Assembly (NCBI RefSeq): GCF_009914755.1
Contig: NC_060943.1
Direction: 5' to 3' (one strand)
DNA from: the human T2T-CHM13v2.0 reference genome, Homo sapiens
DNA length: 64,000 bases
The first letter of the stretch is position 1. Every line of letters starts with the position of its first letter. Below are positions 1 through 25,410 of this stretch, one piece after another. A model generated the notes under the pieces. That model saw nothing but the letters and a program-made list of their open reading frames with translations, did no database searches and was not told the origin of the DNA. Both the position numbers and the translations under genes were made by a program.

Positions 1-67
1 GTATTGGATGAAAGCAGAATTTACTGTCCTTCCTAAATTAAAAATGGACACTACATACATTCTATAA

Positions 68-573
<506 letters not shown>

Positions 574-580
574 TCCCTGA

Positions 581-3972
<3,392 letters not shown>

Positions 3973-4165
3973 GTGGTATGCTTTTTGTTGTTGACTTTTT
4001 AGAGTTCTCTAAGCAGTCTGCATATTAATTTCTTGTCAGATACATGATTTGGAAATACTTTCTCTCATTCTATGGGTTGTCTATTTTGATGCCGAAAGTT
4101 TAAAAATTCCATATATTTCCATTTATTTTTTCTCTTATGGGTCATGCCTTTGGTGTCATATCTAG

Positions 4166-4331
<166 letters not shown>

Positions 4332-4730
4332 TAGTGGGATTACAGGCATGAGCTACCATGCCCGGCTAATTTTGTATTTTTAATGGAGACGGGGTTTCTC
4401 CATGTTGGTCAGGCTGGTTTCAAACTCTTGAACTCAGGTGATCTGCCAGCCTTGGCCTCCCAAAGTGCTGGGATTACAGGCGTGAGCCACCGTGCCTGGA
4501 CAGGGAAGGGTACATTTTCATTCTGTTGCATATGGATGTGCATTTTTCCCCAGCATCATTCTATGGAAATACTGTCCTATCCTCCATTGTATCGTCATAG
4601 TACGCTTGTCAAAAATTGTTGGACTCACTATGCAAACGTGTATTTCTGTGCTGTCTATTTTGTCACAATGGTCTATTTCTTTGTCAGTATGCTGATATTA
4701 AATTTTTTTATTAGTATAAATTTGCTCTAA

Positions 4731-4973
<243 letters not shown>

Positions 4974-5149
4974 TAGTAGAGACGGGGTTTCACCGTGTTA
5001 GCCAGGATGGTCTGGATCTCCTGAACTCGTGATCCGCCCGCCTCGGCCTCCCAAAGTGCTGGGATTACAGGCGTGAGCCACTGCACCCGACGTTTTTCAA
5101 TTCTTGTTTTGTATATTCAGAGTCCCTTAAGATGCCATATGTAAAACAA

Positions 5150-7741
<2,592 letters not shown>

Positions 7742-7867
7742 TATTTAAAAAAATTGAAACTACTTAAGGCTTTATCCCATGTTTACATTCATAGGGTCTA
7801 TCTCCAAAGTGAGTTCTTTCAAGTTTCTGAAATTAAAGTACTGAATGTTTTCCCACATTCCATACAT

Positions 7868-9509
7868 TTAGAGAGTATCTTTCCAGTGAGTCCTTTTATG
7901 TCTATGCAAGGAACGGAGAGAACTCAATGCTTTCCCACATTCCTTACATTCATACAGCTTCTCTCCAGTGTGAGTTTTTTCATGTCCTCGAAGGAAACGG
8001 GAACGAGTGAAGGCTTTACCACATTGTAGACATTCATAGGGTTTCTCTCCAGTGTGAATTCTTTCATGTCGTAGAAGGCAAGTGAGCCAAGAGAATGCTT
8101 TTCCACATTCCTTACATTCATATGGCTTCTCTCCAGAGTGAATCCTTTCATGGACTTTTAAGTTACTGAAATGACTGAAGGCTTTTCTACATGTTTTACA
8201 CTCATAAGGTTTTTCTACTGTGTGGGTCCTTTTATGTTGAGAAAGGTATTTGAAACAACTGAATGCTTTCCCACATTCCTTACACTCATATGGCTTCTCT
8301 CCAGTGTGAGTTGTCTCATGATTTTGAAAGGAAGAGAGATCACTAAAGGCTTTCCCACACTGACATTTATAGGGTTTCACTCCAGTGTGAGTTGCTTCAT
8401 GTCTTCGAAGGGAACCGGCAAGACTGAAGGCTTTACCACATTGTTTACATTGATAGGGTTTCTCTCCAGTGTGAGTCCTTTCATGTCTTTGAAATAAACT
8501 GGGACAACCAAAGGCTTTCCCACATATCTTGCATTTCTGGGGTCCATCTCCTGTGTGTGTTATCATGTGACTTCGAAAGCTCGAGCTATGAGATAACACT
8601 TTCCCACACTGCTTACATTCATAGGGTTTCTCTCCAGTGTGAGTAGTTTCATGATTTCGAACTGAACTAGGACAATCAAAGCCTTTCCCACATATCTTAC
8701 ATTTATGTGGTCCGTCTCCAGTGTGCCTTATCATGTGTCTTCGAAAGCTTGTGTGATGATAAAACGTTTTCCCACATTGCTTACATGCATAGGGTTGTTC
8801 TCCCGTGTGAGTCCTTTCATGTAGTCGAGTGTAATAGTAACAGCTGAAGGCTTTCCCACATTGTGTACATTTATAGGGTTTCTCTCCGGTGTGAGTTCTC
8901 TCATGTCTTAGATAGGTACTGTAATCAGGAAAGGCTTTGGAACACTGCTTACATTCATACGCTTTCTCTCCCGTGTGGATTCTTTCATGTCTTAGATAGG
9001 AACTGTAAAAAGGAAAGGCTTTAGAACACTGCTTACATTCATACGGTTTCTCTCCAGTGTGTGTTCTTTCGTGCAAATGAAATAAACTGGGCCAAACAAA
9101 GGCTTTCCCACACAACTTACATTTATAAGGTCCATCTCCATGGTGTGCCGCCATGTGTCTTCGGAGGTTTCCAAGAGAACTAAAGGTTTTTGCACATTCT
9201 TTACAATCGAAGGGTTTCTTTCCGGTGGGGGGCCTTTCATGTGTCTGGAAGGAGTGCTGATGACTGATGGCTTTCCCACGTTGTTTATGTGTATATGGCT
9301 TCTCTCCATATTCCTGATGCTCACATGATTTGTGTCCAGTGTCAACTCTGATGTTGCAATTAAGAGACGAATGACCCAAGACGACTTCTCCACACTCACC
9401 ACTGTCACATGGATTTACTCGAGGAGTGTTCTTGTTCACAATACTATCTGGAATCTGGCCAAAAGTTTCTCCACATTGACTGTCATCTTTAATTTCACAT
9501 GTATGACTT
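7868..9509 (-). CDS. ZNF823: ZNF823 exon 4 (coding part): spacer plus 16 C2H2 zinc fingers, stop TAA at 7868-7870
   Basis: 523-aa ORF with tandem CxxC...HxxxH fingers and TGEKP-type linkers; acceptor ttgttacag|AAGTCAT at 9510/9509; spliced total 3+127+61+1642=1833 nt = 610 aa; protein recognised as ZNF823. Confidence 0.95.
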
Positions 9510-9654
9510 CTGTAACAAATAAGAAATATATTACTAAAGGTTTGTTTATAAGTGATTTTCTATATATTGAAGTACTAGATTTATATTTGTAACATTATCA
9601 TGCAAAGTACAGGCTTCATCCCCTGTTTGAATGTGAAGTGACAGTGTTGTGTAA

Positions 9655-10010
<356 letters not shown>

Positions 10011-10115
10011 CCACATGGAGATTCTTAATACCATTTCCAAGGGAACTATTTTGCAAAGACTGAATAGCTATGCCACATTTAACTATATGTTCCTCGGGAA
10101 AATTTTTTTTTATAG

Positions 10116-10250
<135 letters not shown>

Positions 10251-10360
10251 TGAATAAATTTAAGCTGGGCTTGTTCATTTTCTCTGCTCGTTTTTAAAAT
10301 TTTCTTATCATTCTATGAACCACTGCAGGGACATAGCTTTCTTTTGTGGGTGCAAATTAC

Positions 10361-10421
10361 CTTAGATTTCTCTTGGCATTTTGGCACTGATCTCCAATGT
10401 TCTGGTCCTCCCATTTCATTT
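10361..10421 (-). CDS. ZNF823: ZNF823 exon 3 (61 bp; EMKWEDQNIGDQCQNAKRNLR)
   Basis: AG acceptor at 10423-10422, GTAA donor from 10360; phase joins exons 2 and 4 in frame. Confidence 0.92.
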
Positions 10422-10527
10422 CTAAAAGGTAGACCCAGGAAAATCACTAAAAATGTTTACAAAATTATAGAAAAACTCTAAGATTTTACGCGTACTGCAA
10501 TCATGCATGATTCATTCACCAAAGTAC

Positions 10528-11273
<746 letters not shown>

Positions 11274-11293
11274 TATCCTCTTTCCATATTTCA

Positions 11294-11596
<303 letters not shown>

Positions 11597-12123
11597 TTAT
11601 TCGATGACATAGTAAACCCACTCTTATTTTGTCTACACTCACTTTTTCCCACAAAGCCATTGTGATGCTTTAGTTGAATGTGTTTGGTAAAGTAACAGTC
11701 GAATAGGAACCTGCCTCTTGTTGGTGAGTTAAGTGAGTGAGTCTTATTGCCTGCGTCACCCCTGATGTCTATTTCTACAGCGGTCTGTGTAGTTCTTATC
11801 ATGACAAAGTACAACTACCTATTGTGTAGAAGAGTTACCACTCCCAGTCCTGAAACTGCATATCCTGACAAATGCTCATTTGCAAACTTGGATCTTTCAT
11901 GGTGTCTAGGCACCGGATCCCACTAATGTAACTAATAACAGAGGCTGAGTGTGCCTAAACTGTTTATGCAAAATATAGGGGCCAGGCATGGTGACTTAGG
12001 CCTGCAATCCCATCACTTTGCAGGGCCAAAGTGGAAGGATCACTTAAGAACAGGAGTTTAGGACCAGCATGGGCAACATAGTGAGCCCTTTTCTCAACAA
12101 AAAATAAAACTAGGTCTGACTCA

Positions 12124-12408
<285 letters not shown>

Positions 12409-12450
12409 TCAAAAAATATAATAAAAGTAAAAAACAAAAAATAAAAAATA

Positions 12451-12451
12451 C

Positions 12452-12496
<45 letters not shown>
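12451..12496. repeat. (TA)n microsatellite
   Basis: Direct read. Confidence 0.9.
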
Positions 12497-12499
<3 letters not shown>

Positions 12500-12584
12500 T
12501 TTTTTTTAACTTAACTCCTATTCCCCCTCTGAGAGTTTGGAAGTTTGTTACATGATCAGCAGAGAGAGAATACCTGTTAGCCAC

Positions 12585-12990
12585 AGCACAAGTTAGAATG
12601 CTTGTGCTCTCCAAAACTCATGCTGAAACTTCATCCTCAATATGACAATAATGAAATGTGGGGCTTTAAGACTTGATTGGATCTTGAGGTACTAATCCAT
12701 TCATAGATTAATGGCTTAATGAATAAATGGGGTATCTCAGGAGTAGGCCTAGTGTCCTTAAGAGACGAGGAAGAGACCTGAATTAACACTGGGCCCCTGG
12801 CCATGCGATACCCTGTGCCACCTAGGGACTCTGCAGAGTCCCCACCAGCAAGGAGGCTCTTACCAGATGCTAAGCCTTGACCTTGGGCTTCTCAGTCTCC
12901 AGAAGTATAAAAAAATAATGTTTGTTTGTTTTTATAAATTACCCAGGCTCAGGTAATCCTGTTATAAGTAACAAAAACCAGACTAAGACA
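12585..12990 (+). mobile_element. MST-type MaLR solo LTR in ZNF823 intron 1 (homologue at ~46720-47700 in the pseudogene)
   Basis: Typical MST end ...ctgttataagtaacaaaaaccagactaagaca. Confidence 0.6.
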
Positions 12991-13553
12991 GTTATGAAGA
13001 AACACTCTGGACACTGGATCACTACTGACGGACCCTAGTAGCTAACGTTTCACGTGTTTGGTTGCAACTTGTTACATGGGATATTTAGCCCATCCTATGC
13101 AATTACACTAAGAGAGAACATTTGGAAACTGGCAACTGGTTTCCATTAGACCAAATGTAGTTAAGCGTGACAAAAGACTAATAAAAAATATCTCACTATC
13201 TCAATGGAAAAATTACACATTTTTCATTGGATAATGACAAAGGAGGAGGAAAGACAGGGAAAGATTGCACATGTTCTAACAAAAAACTCAGTGTCACCTC
13301 TCATGATTATCTATAATATTTCCTAAATTCCTAAAGAGACTTTTAGCAGTCAACAAAGATTATATTACCAAATCTAATAAAAGTCACAAATATCTGAAAA
13401 GGTTAAAAACCTAACCGGCAGGGTGTGGTGGCTCACGACTGTAATCCCAGCACTTCGGGAGGCCTAGGGGGGCGGATCAAAAGGTCAGGAGATCGAGACC
13501 ATCCTGGCCAACATGGTGAAACCCCGTCTCTACTAAAAATACAAAAAAAATTA

Positions 13554-13801
<248 letters not shown>

Positions 13802-14116
13802 TTAAACTATAATATTCGGCATCCTATACTATTAACAGGGAGATAAACAAACAGAAAAAGGAAAGCAAAAAATGGTTGAAAAGCTTTGTGGAGTTTTTAT
13901 TTGCCCTTGTCCCAATCCCTCCTCACATCAGAGCCCGTCTTGAAGACAGCAGACCAAGTTTTCAATGTGGATCCCTAGAGACAGCAGATCAGGTCTTACT
14001 TGCAAATTATTGCCTTTGTATTTTCCAGTTGGTACAAGGACTATCCAAAGGTCTGAAACAGGCTCTCTTTTCTTTCTTTCTTTTTTTTTTTTTGAGACGG
14101 GAGTCTCGCTCTGTAG

Positions 14117-14236
<120 letters not shown>

Positions 14237-15077
14237 TAGCTAATTTTTTTGTATTTTTAGTAGAGACGGGGTTTCACCGTGTTAGCCAGGATGGTCTCGA
14301 TCTCCTGACCTCGTAATCCGCCCGCCTCGGCCTCCCAAAGTGCTGGGGTTACAGGCGTGAGCCACAGCGCCCGGCCAAGACTCTCTTTTCCATTTCATCA
14401 GTGATGGAACCCAATCAGGGTCAAACATGGCAAGAACTGCTTCAAAATGTTGCAAAATACACAGAAAGCCTTCAACCACCTGGAACAACAGATTACGGTT
14501 AAGACGAACAGCAGACCTACTAAGTCTTGGAAAGAAAAGCTGGAGATAAAATTTCCTTCAGAAATTAGGGTACTGAAAAGCACACAGGTATATTATGGCA
14601 TACTTTTCTTATACTACCTGATCTAACAGATACAAATTTGTTTGAAATAATACTAGCAATGTATTGGGTAGTAACAGCTTCCGATAGGGCAAATGAATAA
14701 CAGTGTGTTATATGGGATGGGAGGATGGAATTTGGAACAGTAAGTAATACCAGCACTACTCCCAAAGCCAGTATAGCATTATTTGAAACTGAAGGTCCAT
14801 TAGTTATAAATGGTATACTACAAACTATAGGGAATTCACTAATAAAATTTAAGAAACAAGTAGACTTACTATACTAATAGAAGCAAGCAAATAGAATCAT
14901 ATAGAATGCTCAGTTAAAATGAAAGCAGAAAAAGTGGAGAAGTTGAAAAAACAGTCAAGTATAAGAATAGAAAACAATTGACATATGTACATATTAATCC
15001 AATTATGTCAATACCACTTTGAATGTGTATATCTACATATACCAGTTAAAAAGACATGGACTGGCTGAATAGAATTA

Positions 15078-15257
<180 letters not shown>

Positions 15258-16147
15258 TCAGCTACTTGGGAGGCTGAGGCATGAGAATCACTTGAACCCG
15301 GGAGGCGGAGGCTGCAGTGAGCCGAGATTGTGCCACCTCATTTCAGCCTGGGCAACAGAGCAAGACTCTGTCTCAAAAAAAAAAAAACAACAAATAAAAC
15401 AAGGCCCAGCAATGTGTACATGAAAACCATTTTAAACTGAAAGATGCAAATACATTAAATATAAAGGTATGGAGGAATATATGCCATTCTAGCCCTAATC
15501 AAAAGAAATATGGACTAGCTATTTTAAATTTAGATAAATCAGGTTTTAGGTCAAGGAAAGATACAGGGGATGAAGAGATTTCATAAAGATAAAGAAGTCA
15601 GTTATACAAGAAGACATAATAATCATTAATATCTATGCTCATAAAACAAATCATCAAAATACATAAGGCAAAACTTATAAAACCACATAGCAAAATACAC
15701 ATGTACTAGATGGCTTCCCAGTACCTACTGGCTTTCAATGTGTGCTAACCTCTTCTTTCTGGGATCTCTAAATAATACATAGTTTCTGTTATTTCTTGCA
15801 TTTTGTTGAGTTGCTTCCTCTGTGTCTTACCTGACCAATATACCTGAATCTAATTTCTACCCAGTCAGGGCTTTCTTTGTAAGATTATTTTGGCAGTGGC
15901 TATCTTGGTAGTAATAAAAGAAAAACTGGTCAGACAATGGGCCATAAGGTGTCTACCAGGAAAAACAAGTTTCCTCTAAGACGGAAACTTGGTCACTGGT
16001 CTGATATTTAGGCATTAGGTCACCTTGTACTATCCTACAAGTTACGTTTGGAAGGCTTTCAAATTAACCTGTTTGGGGAGGTCTTATGATCCAGGGCTTA
16101 TATCTTGTCCCTGAGTAAAGAATCTTTTTTTTTTTTTTTTCCTTTGA

Positions 16148-16306
<159 letters not shown>

Positions 16307-17351
16307 TAGTAGAGACAGGGTTTCACCATGTTGGTCAGGGTGGTCTCAAACTCCCGACCTCAGATGATCCGCCTGCCTCGGCCTCCCAACGTGCTGGGAT
16401 TACAAGTGTGAGCCACCGTGCCTGGCCGTTTTCTTATGTAAGAAAATAAAGTAGATCCCAAAGGAAGGGACTCAGAAATTCAACTCTGAAAATTAAGAAG
16501 AAGAGTTGTGCGTGACTTATGCCTGTCATCCCAATACTCTGGGAGGTTGGAGTGGGAGGACTGCTTGAGTTTGAGAACAGCCTAAGCAACATGGCAAAAC
16601 CTCATCTCTACAAAAAATTTAAAAATTAGCCAGGGATGGTAGCATGTGCCTGTAGTTCCAGCTACATAGGAGACGAAGGCAGGAGGATTGTTTGAGCCCA
16701 GGAATCTGAGGCTGTGGTGAGCCATGATCCCAGAACTGCACTCCAACCTGGGTGATAGTGCAAGACCCTGACTTAAAAATTAATTAATTAATTAATGAGA
16801 AAATGGCTGAAAATTATTTCACAGTAGATGAAAGGCCATACAGAAAAAATGCTCAACACCGATGTTAATCAGTAAAAAGCAACATCTAATCACATGGAGA
16901 TAAATATTTATAAGGAATAAACACACATGCACACATGGTCTGCCAGTTAATCCATACATGCCAACGGGTTTTCCTAGCACATTTAAATTTATCCATAATC
17001 CACAACCCAGCACATTTCCCCCTATATGTACAAAATGTATAAAGTGTTAGCATTTGGGGACAAAAACAAAGATGACATTGTCAACAAAGTCCAGCAAAAA
17101 TGAAACAATTCAAGTCCTATGAGCCGTGGAATATGAGAGTGAAGTGGGTGACCCACACCTCAGACAGCAGCATGAATCAAACAGACTGAGGCAAAGAAAC
17201 TAAAAAAAAAAAAAAAAAAAAACCGCCCGCAGCCGGGTGAGGTGGCTCACGCCTGTAATCCCAGCACTTTGGGAGGCTGAGGCGGGTGGATCACCTGAGG
17301 TCGGGAGTTCGAGACCAGCCTGATAAATATGGAGAAACCCTGTCTCTACTA

Positions 17352-17513
<162 letters not shown>

Positions 17514-17689
17514 TCAAAAAAACAAAAAAACCTTTTCAGCATCATATTAATGGAATATTAAGTGTAATATTAATTAACTGAAAACTCAGAAGAGAGAAAA
17601 CTATGCATCTGGATTCATACATGATAAACATATACTGAATAACAGTCAGTCGGTTTAAGGCTCTGACCTGTGGTGCCTCTGACTTCTGA

Positions 17690-19290
<1,601 letters not shown>

Positions 19291-19698
19291 CAAGGCGGGT
19301 GCAGCCGCTCACGCCTGTAATCCCAGCACTTTGGGAGGCTGAGGTGGGCAGATCATGAGGTCAAGAGATCAAGACCATGCTGGCCAACATGGTGAAACCC
19401 CGTCTCTAATAAAAATACAAAAATTAGTTGGGCGTGGTGGCACGCGCCTGTAGTCCCAGCTACTCAGGAGACTGAGGCAGGAGAATAGCTAGAACTCAGG
19501 AGTCGGAGGTTGCAGCGAGCTGAGATTTCGCCACTGCACTCCAGCCTAGCGACAGAGTGAGACTCCATCTCAAAAAAAAAAAAAAAAAAGAAAAAGAAAA
19601 AGAAACAATGACCAAATATGTTTTAGGCTGGGCATGGTGACTCACGCTTGTATTCTCAGCACTTTGGGAGGCCGAGGTAGGAGAATCATCTGAGGTCA

Positions 19699-19878
<180 letters not shown>

Positions 19879-20240
19879 CTAGATGGCAGAACAAGACTCT
19901 GTTTCAAAAATTAAAAAGGACCAAATATTTTTAAAAATTATATCACAGACCCAAATAAACTCTCAGATTCATAAACCCTTTGTCCAGCAGGCAGAACCAA
20001 AAGGTGTCTTTCTCTAAGTCAGCCCCAACAGACTTTCAAATTTGTACAATATTCTGATTAAACAAACACAGTGAATGTAAAACCAGACTTCTAATAATGT
20101 TGAATTTAACCCCAGCTCTGTAATCCTGGTTAATAGCTAGAATTAAATAAATCACCTTAGGCCAGGTGAGGCGGCTCACATCTGTAATCTCAGTACTTAG
20201 GGAGGCCGAGGCAGCCGGATCACTTGAGCCCACGAGTTCA

Positions 20241-20483
<243 letters not shown>

Positions 20484-20682
20484 TCAGTCTTCTACCACCT
20501 AAGTCCTGTGTGTTCTGAACAAACAGCTGAATGCAGTGTAACACTCTCCGCATTGCTTCGACTATGCCCCCTTTTTAAACCTGTAACAAGACCAAAAACC
20601 CCACCAAATTCCCACTTTGCCTCAGAAATGATTAGCTGAACAATTCTGTCTTCACCAACCAGGCTGCACAAAATTAATGTAG

Positions 20683-21076
<394 letters not shown>

Positions 21077-21371
21077 TGACTGAAGTCAAGGTGAAACATT
21101 CTGTGATGTAGGATCTGATTTTCACCTTCCATCTTACTCTCTCTCCTACCTTCTAGATTTCTAATATTGTTTGCTCTTCACTTTGAAAAGCAATTTTCTG
21201 GCTGGGCATGGTGGCTTATTCCTGTAATCCCACCACTTTGGGAGGCCGAGGTGGGCTGATCACTTGAGGTCAGGAGTTCGAGACCAGCCTGGCCAACATG
21301 GTGAAACCCCGTCTCTACTAAAAATATAAAAATTAGCTGGGCGTGGTGGTGGTCACCTGTAATCCCAGCTA

Positions 21372-21525
<154 letters not shown>

Positions 21526-22420
21526 CTAAACTTTGAGATTCTTGTAGATCTTATAGTTGGTAGTTTTCTCCTTTTGCAATATGCTTTTAGAGTGAAGTCA
21601 CTTCTTGCCCAAATCCAGATTTATTTTACTTGAGAATGTCTAGCAACAGTGCCACAACAGTAACAAAGACCTCAGACAGGGCATCACACCACATGTCTCT
21701 GCCTGTGGATCTCCAACTTTCCAGTGCTCTGCAGCTTCTCTCAGTATAAAAGGCTCCTCCCATGTTTGGAATGAACAGGTTGGGACACCTGCCAGGGAGG
21801 TTCCCCAGGAAGAACCAACTCAACTGGGTCTTCAATGACCTCCCTTTGCAGGCTCCAGATTGACCTTAGCTCAGAGTCAGTCGCCTCAGGCTTCTCCACC
21901 CCAGTCAAGGCTACTCACTTACCCTTACATGCCTTACATGGGTATTTAAAAAAAAAAATACCCATGTGTGATGAATCCAGTAAAATCACTCCAATCCAGC
22001 ATTTATGTTTATAGGAGGGAAGAAAACCACAACGCATCTATATTTTATAGCTTAATAGAAAAAGCACAAGTATCTATCCGTTTCAGAAAACAAATGTCAT
22101 TAATTTATCATTTTCCATAATAATAAATCATTTAGTAAATGAATAATGATATTTGAGTTCTTTAGCTGTTGGAAAGTCCTGTCCCACAGAATTTAGCATT
22201 AGTCTGTCAAGTCCACATAACAGGAACAGAATAGTTATCCACTGTCTCAAATTCTCCACTCTACAAAGGAGACGAACTAACATTTTGGTAAATCTTTATA
22301 ATTCATCAATATATCCACCACACTTTCTTGCAAAAATGTATTCATTTTTCTGCAGTCATAAAGGAAAAGTTTTTCCCAATTTCTGTTCACTGCTAGGCCC
22401 TGAAATTCCGTTTGAAATCA

Positions 22421-22748
<328 letters not shown>

Positions 22749-23304
22749 TTAAAAAGAAATAAAATATAGGACTAAATATGTAATGAGTTTGCTGAAACCC
22801 AACTTGTTCTTGCCTCTTTGAACATACTTTATCTTCTTTATTAAGCTCTAATGATAAAATGCATTTTGCAGTTAATAAAAAGCTGAAATGAGTGAACAAA
22901 TCTTTTCAAGATGACAAATGCAGGGAGGGGCTGACTGGAACACAGACAAATCTGACTACTTTAGTGTCAGTTCAGGTCCTCTTATCACTTGGGACATCTC
23001 CCACCCCAATGCTGCTCACTGAACTGCTGAGTAATTACCCTCCAAGGAGAAGCTCCCTCAATACCGCCAACCAGCTGGCTCATCAGCCATGTGTCCCCAG
23101 GGAATGGAAACTGGGGTGGGGAAGAAAAGCTGAATGTCTTAAGGGCTTTGCTTTTTGAGGAACAGTATACCAGGAAACTCCTCCCACCCCACGACATCCA
23201 GCTGCTCCCCTATAAGGTCCCACCCCCCACCTCTGGCTGTCCTCTGGGAGGAGTGACTCAAAGCTGATATTCACTAGACACTACAAAAGACTTAGCAGCT
23301 ATGA

Positions 23305-23861
<557 letters not shown>

Positions 23862-24199
23862 TAAAAAGAGCCATACATTGCTATGTGAAAAGAAAGTGAC
23901 AATTAAAATAATGCCTCTGTTTGAAATATTGCCTGAGGGACAAAGAGTTCATAAAGTTGCTGGGAATTGATGAGAGACAGTTAGCCTGGGGAAGGCTCTG
24001 AAAACCAAGAGATTTGCTGCCAGCCCTAGGAGGAGTTAGGATGAGGGGATAGGGTGGTGGATTTGAGACCCTGCTGCCCACATCTTTGGAAGACTCGGAG
24101 GGAAACCGGTCACCTTTGGGAAGAAAGAAGGGACTGGGGAACCCACAGATCACAGCTTCTCTTCCAAAGCACAAAGCCCACACACACGAGTCTGGATTC

Positions 24200-25410
24200 T
24201 GCCTGGTGACCCTCCGTTGTCACCGTGCAGCGTCCTCACCGGGTTCACAGGAACTGCGAGCCAGGCTGGAGGCGAGATTGCAGTTAGATATTAACCAGGT
24301 GCCCTCAGCCCCGCTGCCTCACGGGGCCGCCTCCCTGAGAGTCAGGTCACAGCAGACGCTGACCGCCGGCTTCCTCATCGTGCCCGGGGATAAGATCTCT
24401 TGAGAGTTGCTCACGGGTCGCCTCAGTTCTTTCTCGGATCCTGAATTGCAGCGGAAAGGCTGGCGCCAACCAGGCTGAAGACCCCACAAGGGAACCCACT
24501 CAGCAGAATGCGGTTTCTTCACCTCCAGTCCCAGGAGTCACCTCTCACTTCTCCACCAACCAGCGACCCCACACTCCAGCCGTCCCTGTCCACACCTCTA
24601 AACACCCCATCCCCAAACCTCTCAGGGAGGCGGATCTGGGGTGTCCTCCCCTCTCCCCCATTAAACTGTTTCTGCTGCAGCCTTCGGCGTCTCGGTGCAG
24701 TGACTCGGGCCGTGAACCTGTGCCGGTTACAACTGCACAATCTGGGGAGACGCGGAGCTGCGGGCGCGGAGCTGCCCAGAGAGGGCGCCGGGGCCGGGGC
24801 CGCAGCGGCCGAGCAGGGACGGGACAGGACGCCCGGGGTCCCGGCTGCCGCCCCAGCCCCATCTTGCGGCCCAGGGGACCAAGGGCAGAGCTGCGCCAGG
24901 GGCACTGGGATTTGCAGACCCCGGAGTCGCCCAGGGCGAGGCCCGGGTCCCCTCACGGTCGGTTCCGGCCGGTTCCAACCTGCCCCTTCTTTGCCTCGGG
25001 ACGCCGGGCCCCGCACACTCACCATTTCCCAGCTTCCAGGTGTCCGGGTGTCCTCCTTAAAAGCCAGTGTGGGTCCCAGCGCGACAGACGCTGATACAGA
25101 CCTTCCAGGGCGTCTCTCTCTCAGCGCCAGAGCCAGGACTCAGAGCGCAGGGGCGTGGAGAAGACTCCGCGGGCTCTTTGAACGTCGCACCCTCCTCCCT
25201 GCAGCGTGCCTGATTGACAGTTCTCACAATCACCGCCCCCTCAGCCCTGATTGGATAGTGCTCCAGGTCCCGCCCCTTGGTGGCTGATTGACAGAAGAAG
25301 CGATCTCACAGTGCTGAGTGGAGCCGGATGAACAGGTTCCAGGCACGACCCTTGGCAAGGCGGGCTTCCTCCCAACGGAGTGACCTGACCCCTCCCGAAG
25401 TGACGTTTGC
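24200..25410 (-). promoter_or_regulatory. ZNF823 CpG island and TATA-less promoter: TGATTGACAG x2 (25211-25220, 25285-25294), CCAAT box (~25250-25254), GC boxes (25233-25240, 25269-25276)
   Basis: High GC and CpG content around exon 1; motifs read directly; TGATTGACAG is the PBX/PKNOX-type decamer. Confidence 0.8.
25023..25025 (-). CDS. ZNF823: ZNF823 exon 1 coding part (start codon only; the 5' UTR extends to roughly 25180)
   Basis: GGGAAATG|GTGAGT in a CpG island; ATG immediately followed by a consensus donor, in phase with the KRAB-A exon. Confidence 0.88.

Noticed and set aside
7868-9200. Regular 84-bp periodic repeats resembling a CRISPR-like array
   Set aside because: These are C2H2 finger and linker coding repeats in eukaryotic DNA; there are no spacers or cas genes
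7754-9592. Antisense and alternative-frame ORFs over the finger exon (also 42713-43847)
   Set aside because: Typical by-products of the 84-bp finger periodicity
21744-21753. TATAAAAG as an antisense promoter in ZNF823 intron 1
   Set aside because: Isolated motif with no supporting CpG island, exon or ORF
24508-25287. Long GC-rich ORFs (259 aa plus strand; 168 aa minus strand from the true ATG; similar 184-200 aa ORFs at 53206-53893)
   Set aside because: Expected in stop-poor CpG islands. The similarity between the two loci reflects DNA paralogy, and the ATG read-through frame closes after 4 codons in ZNF441 (ATG GTG AGT GTG TGA)
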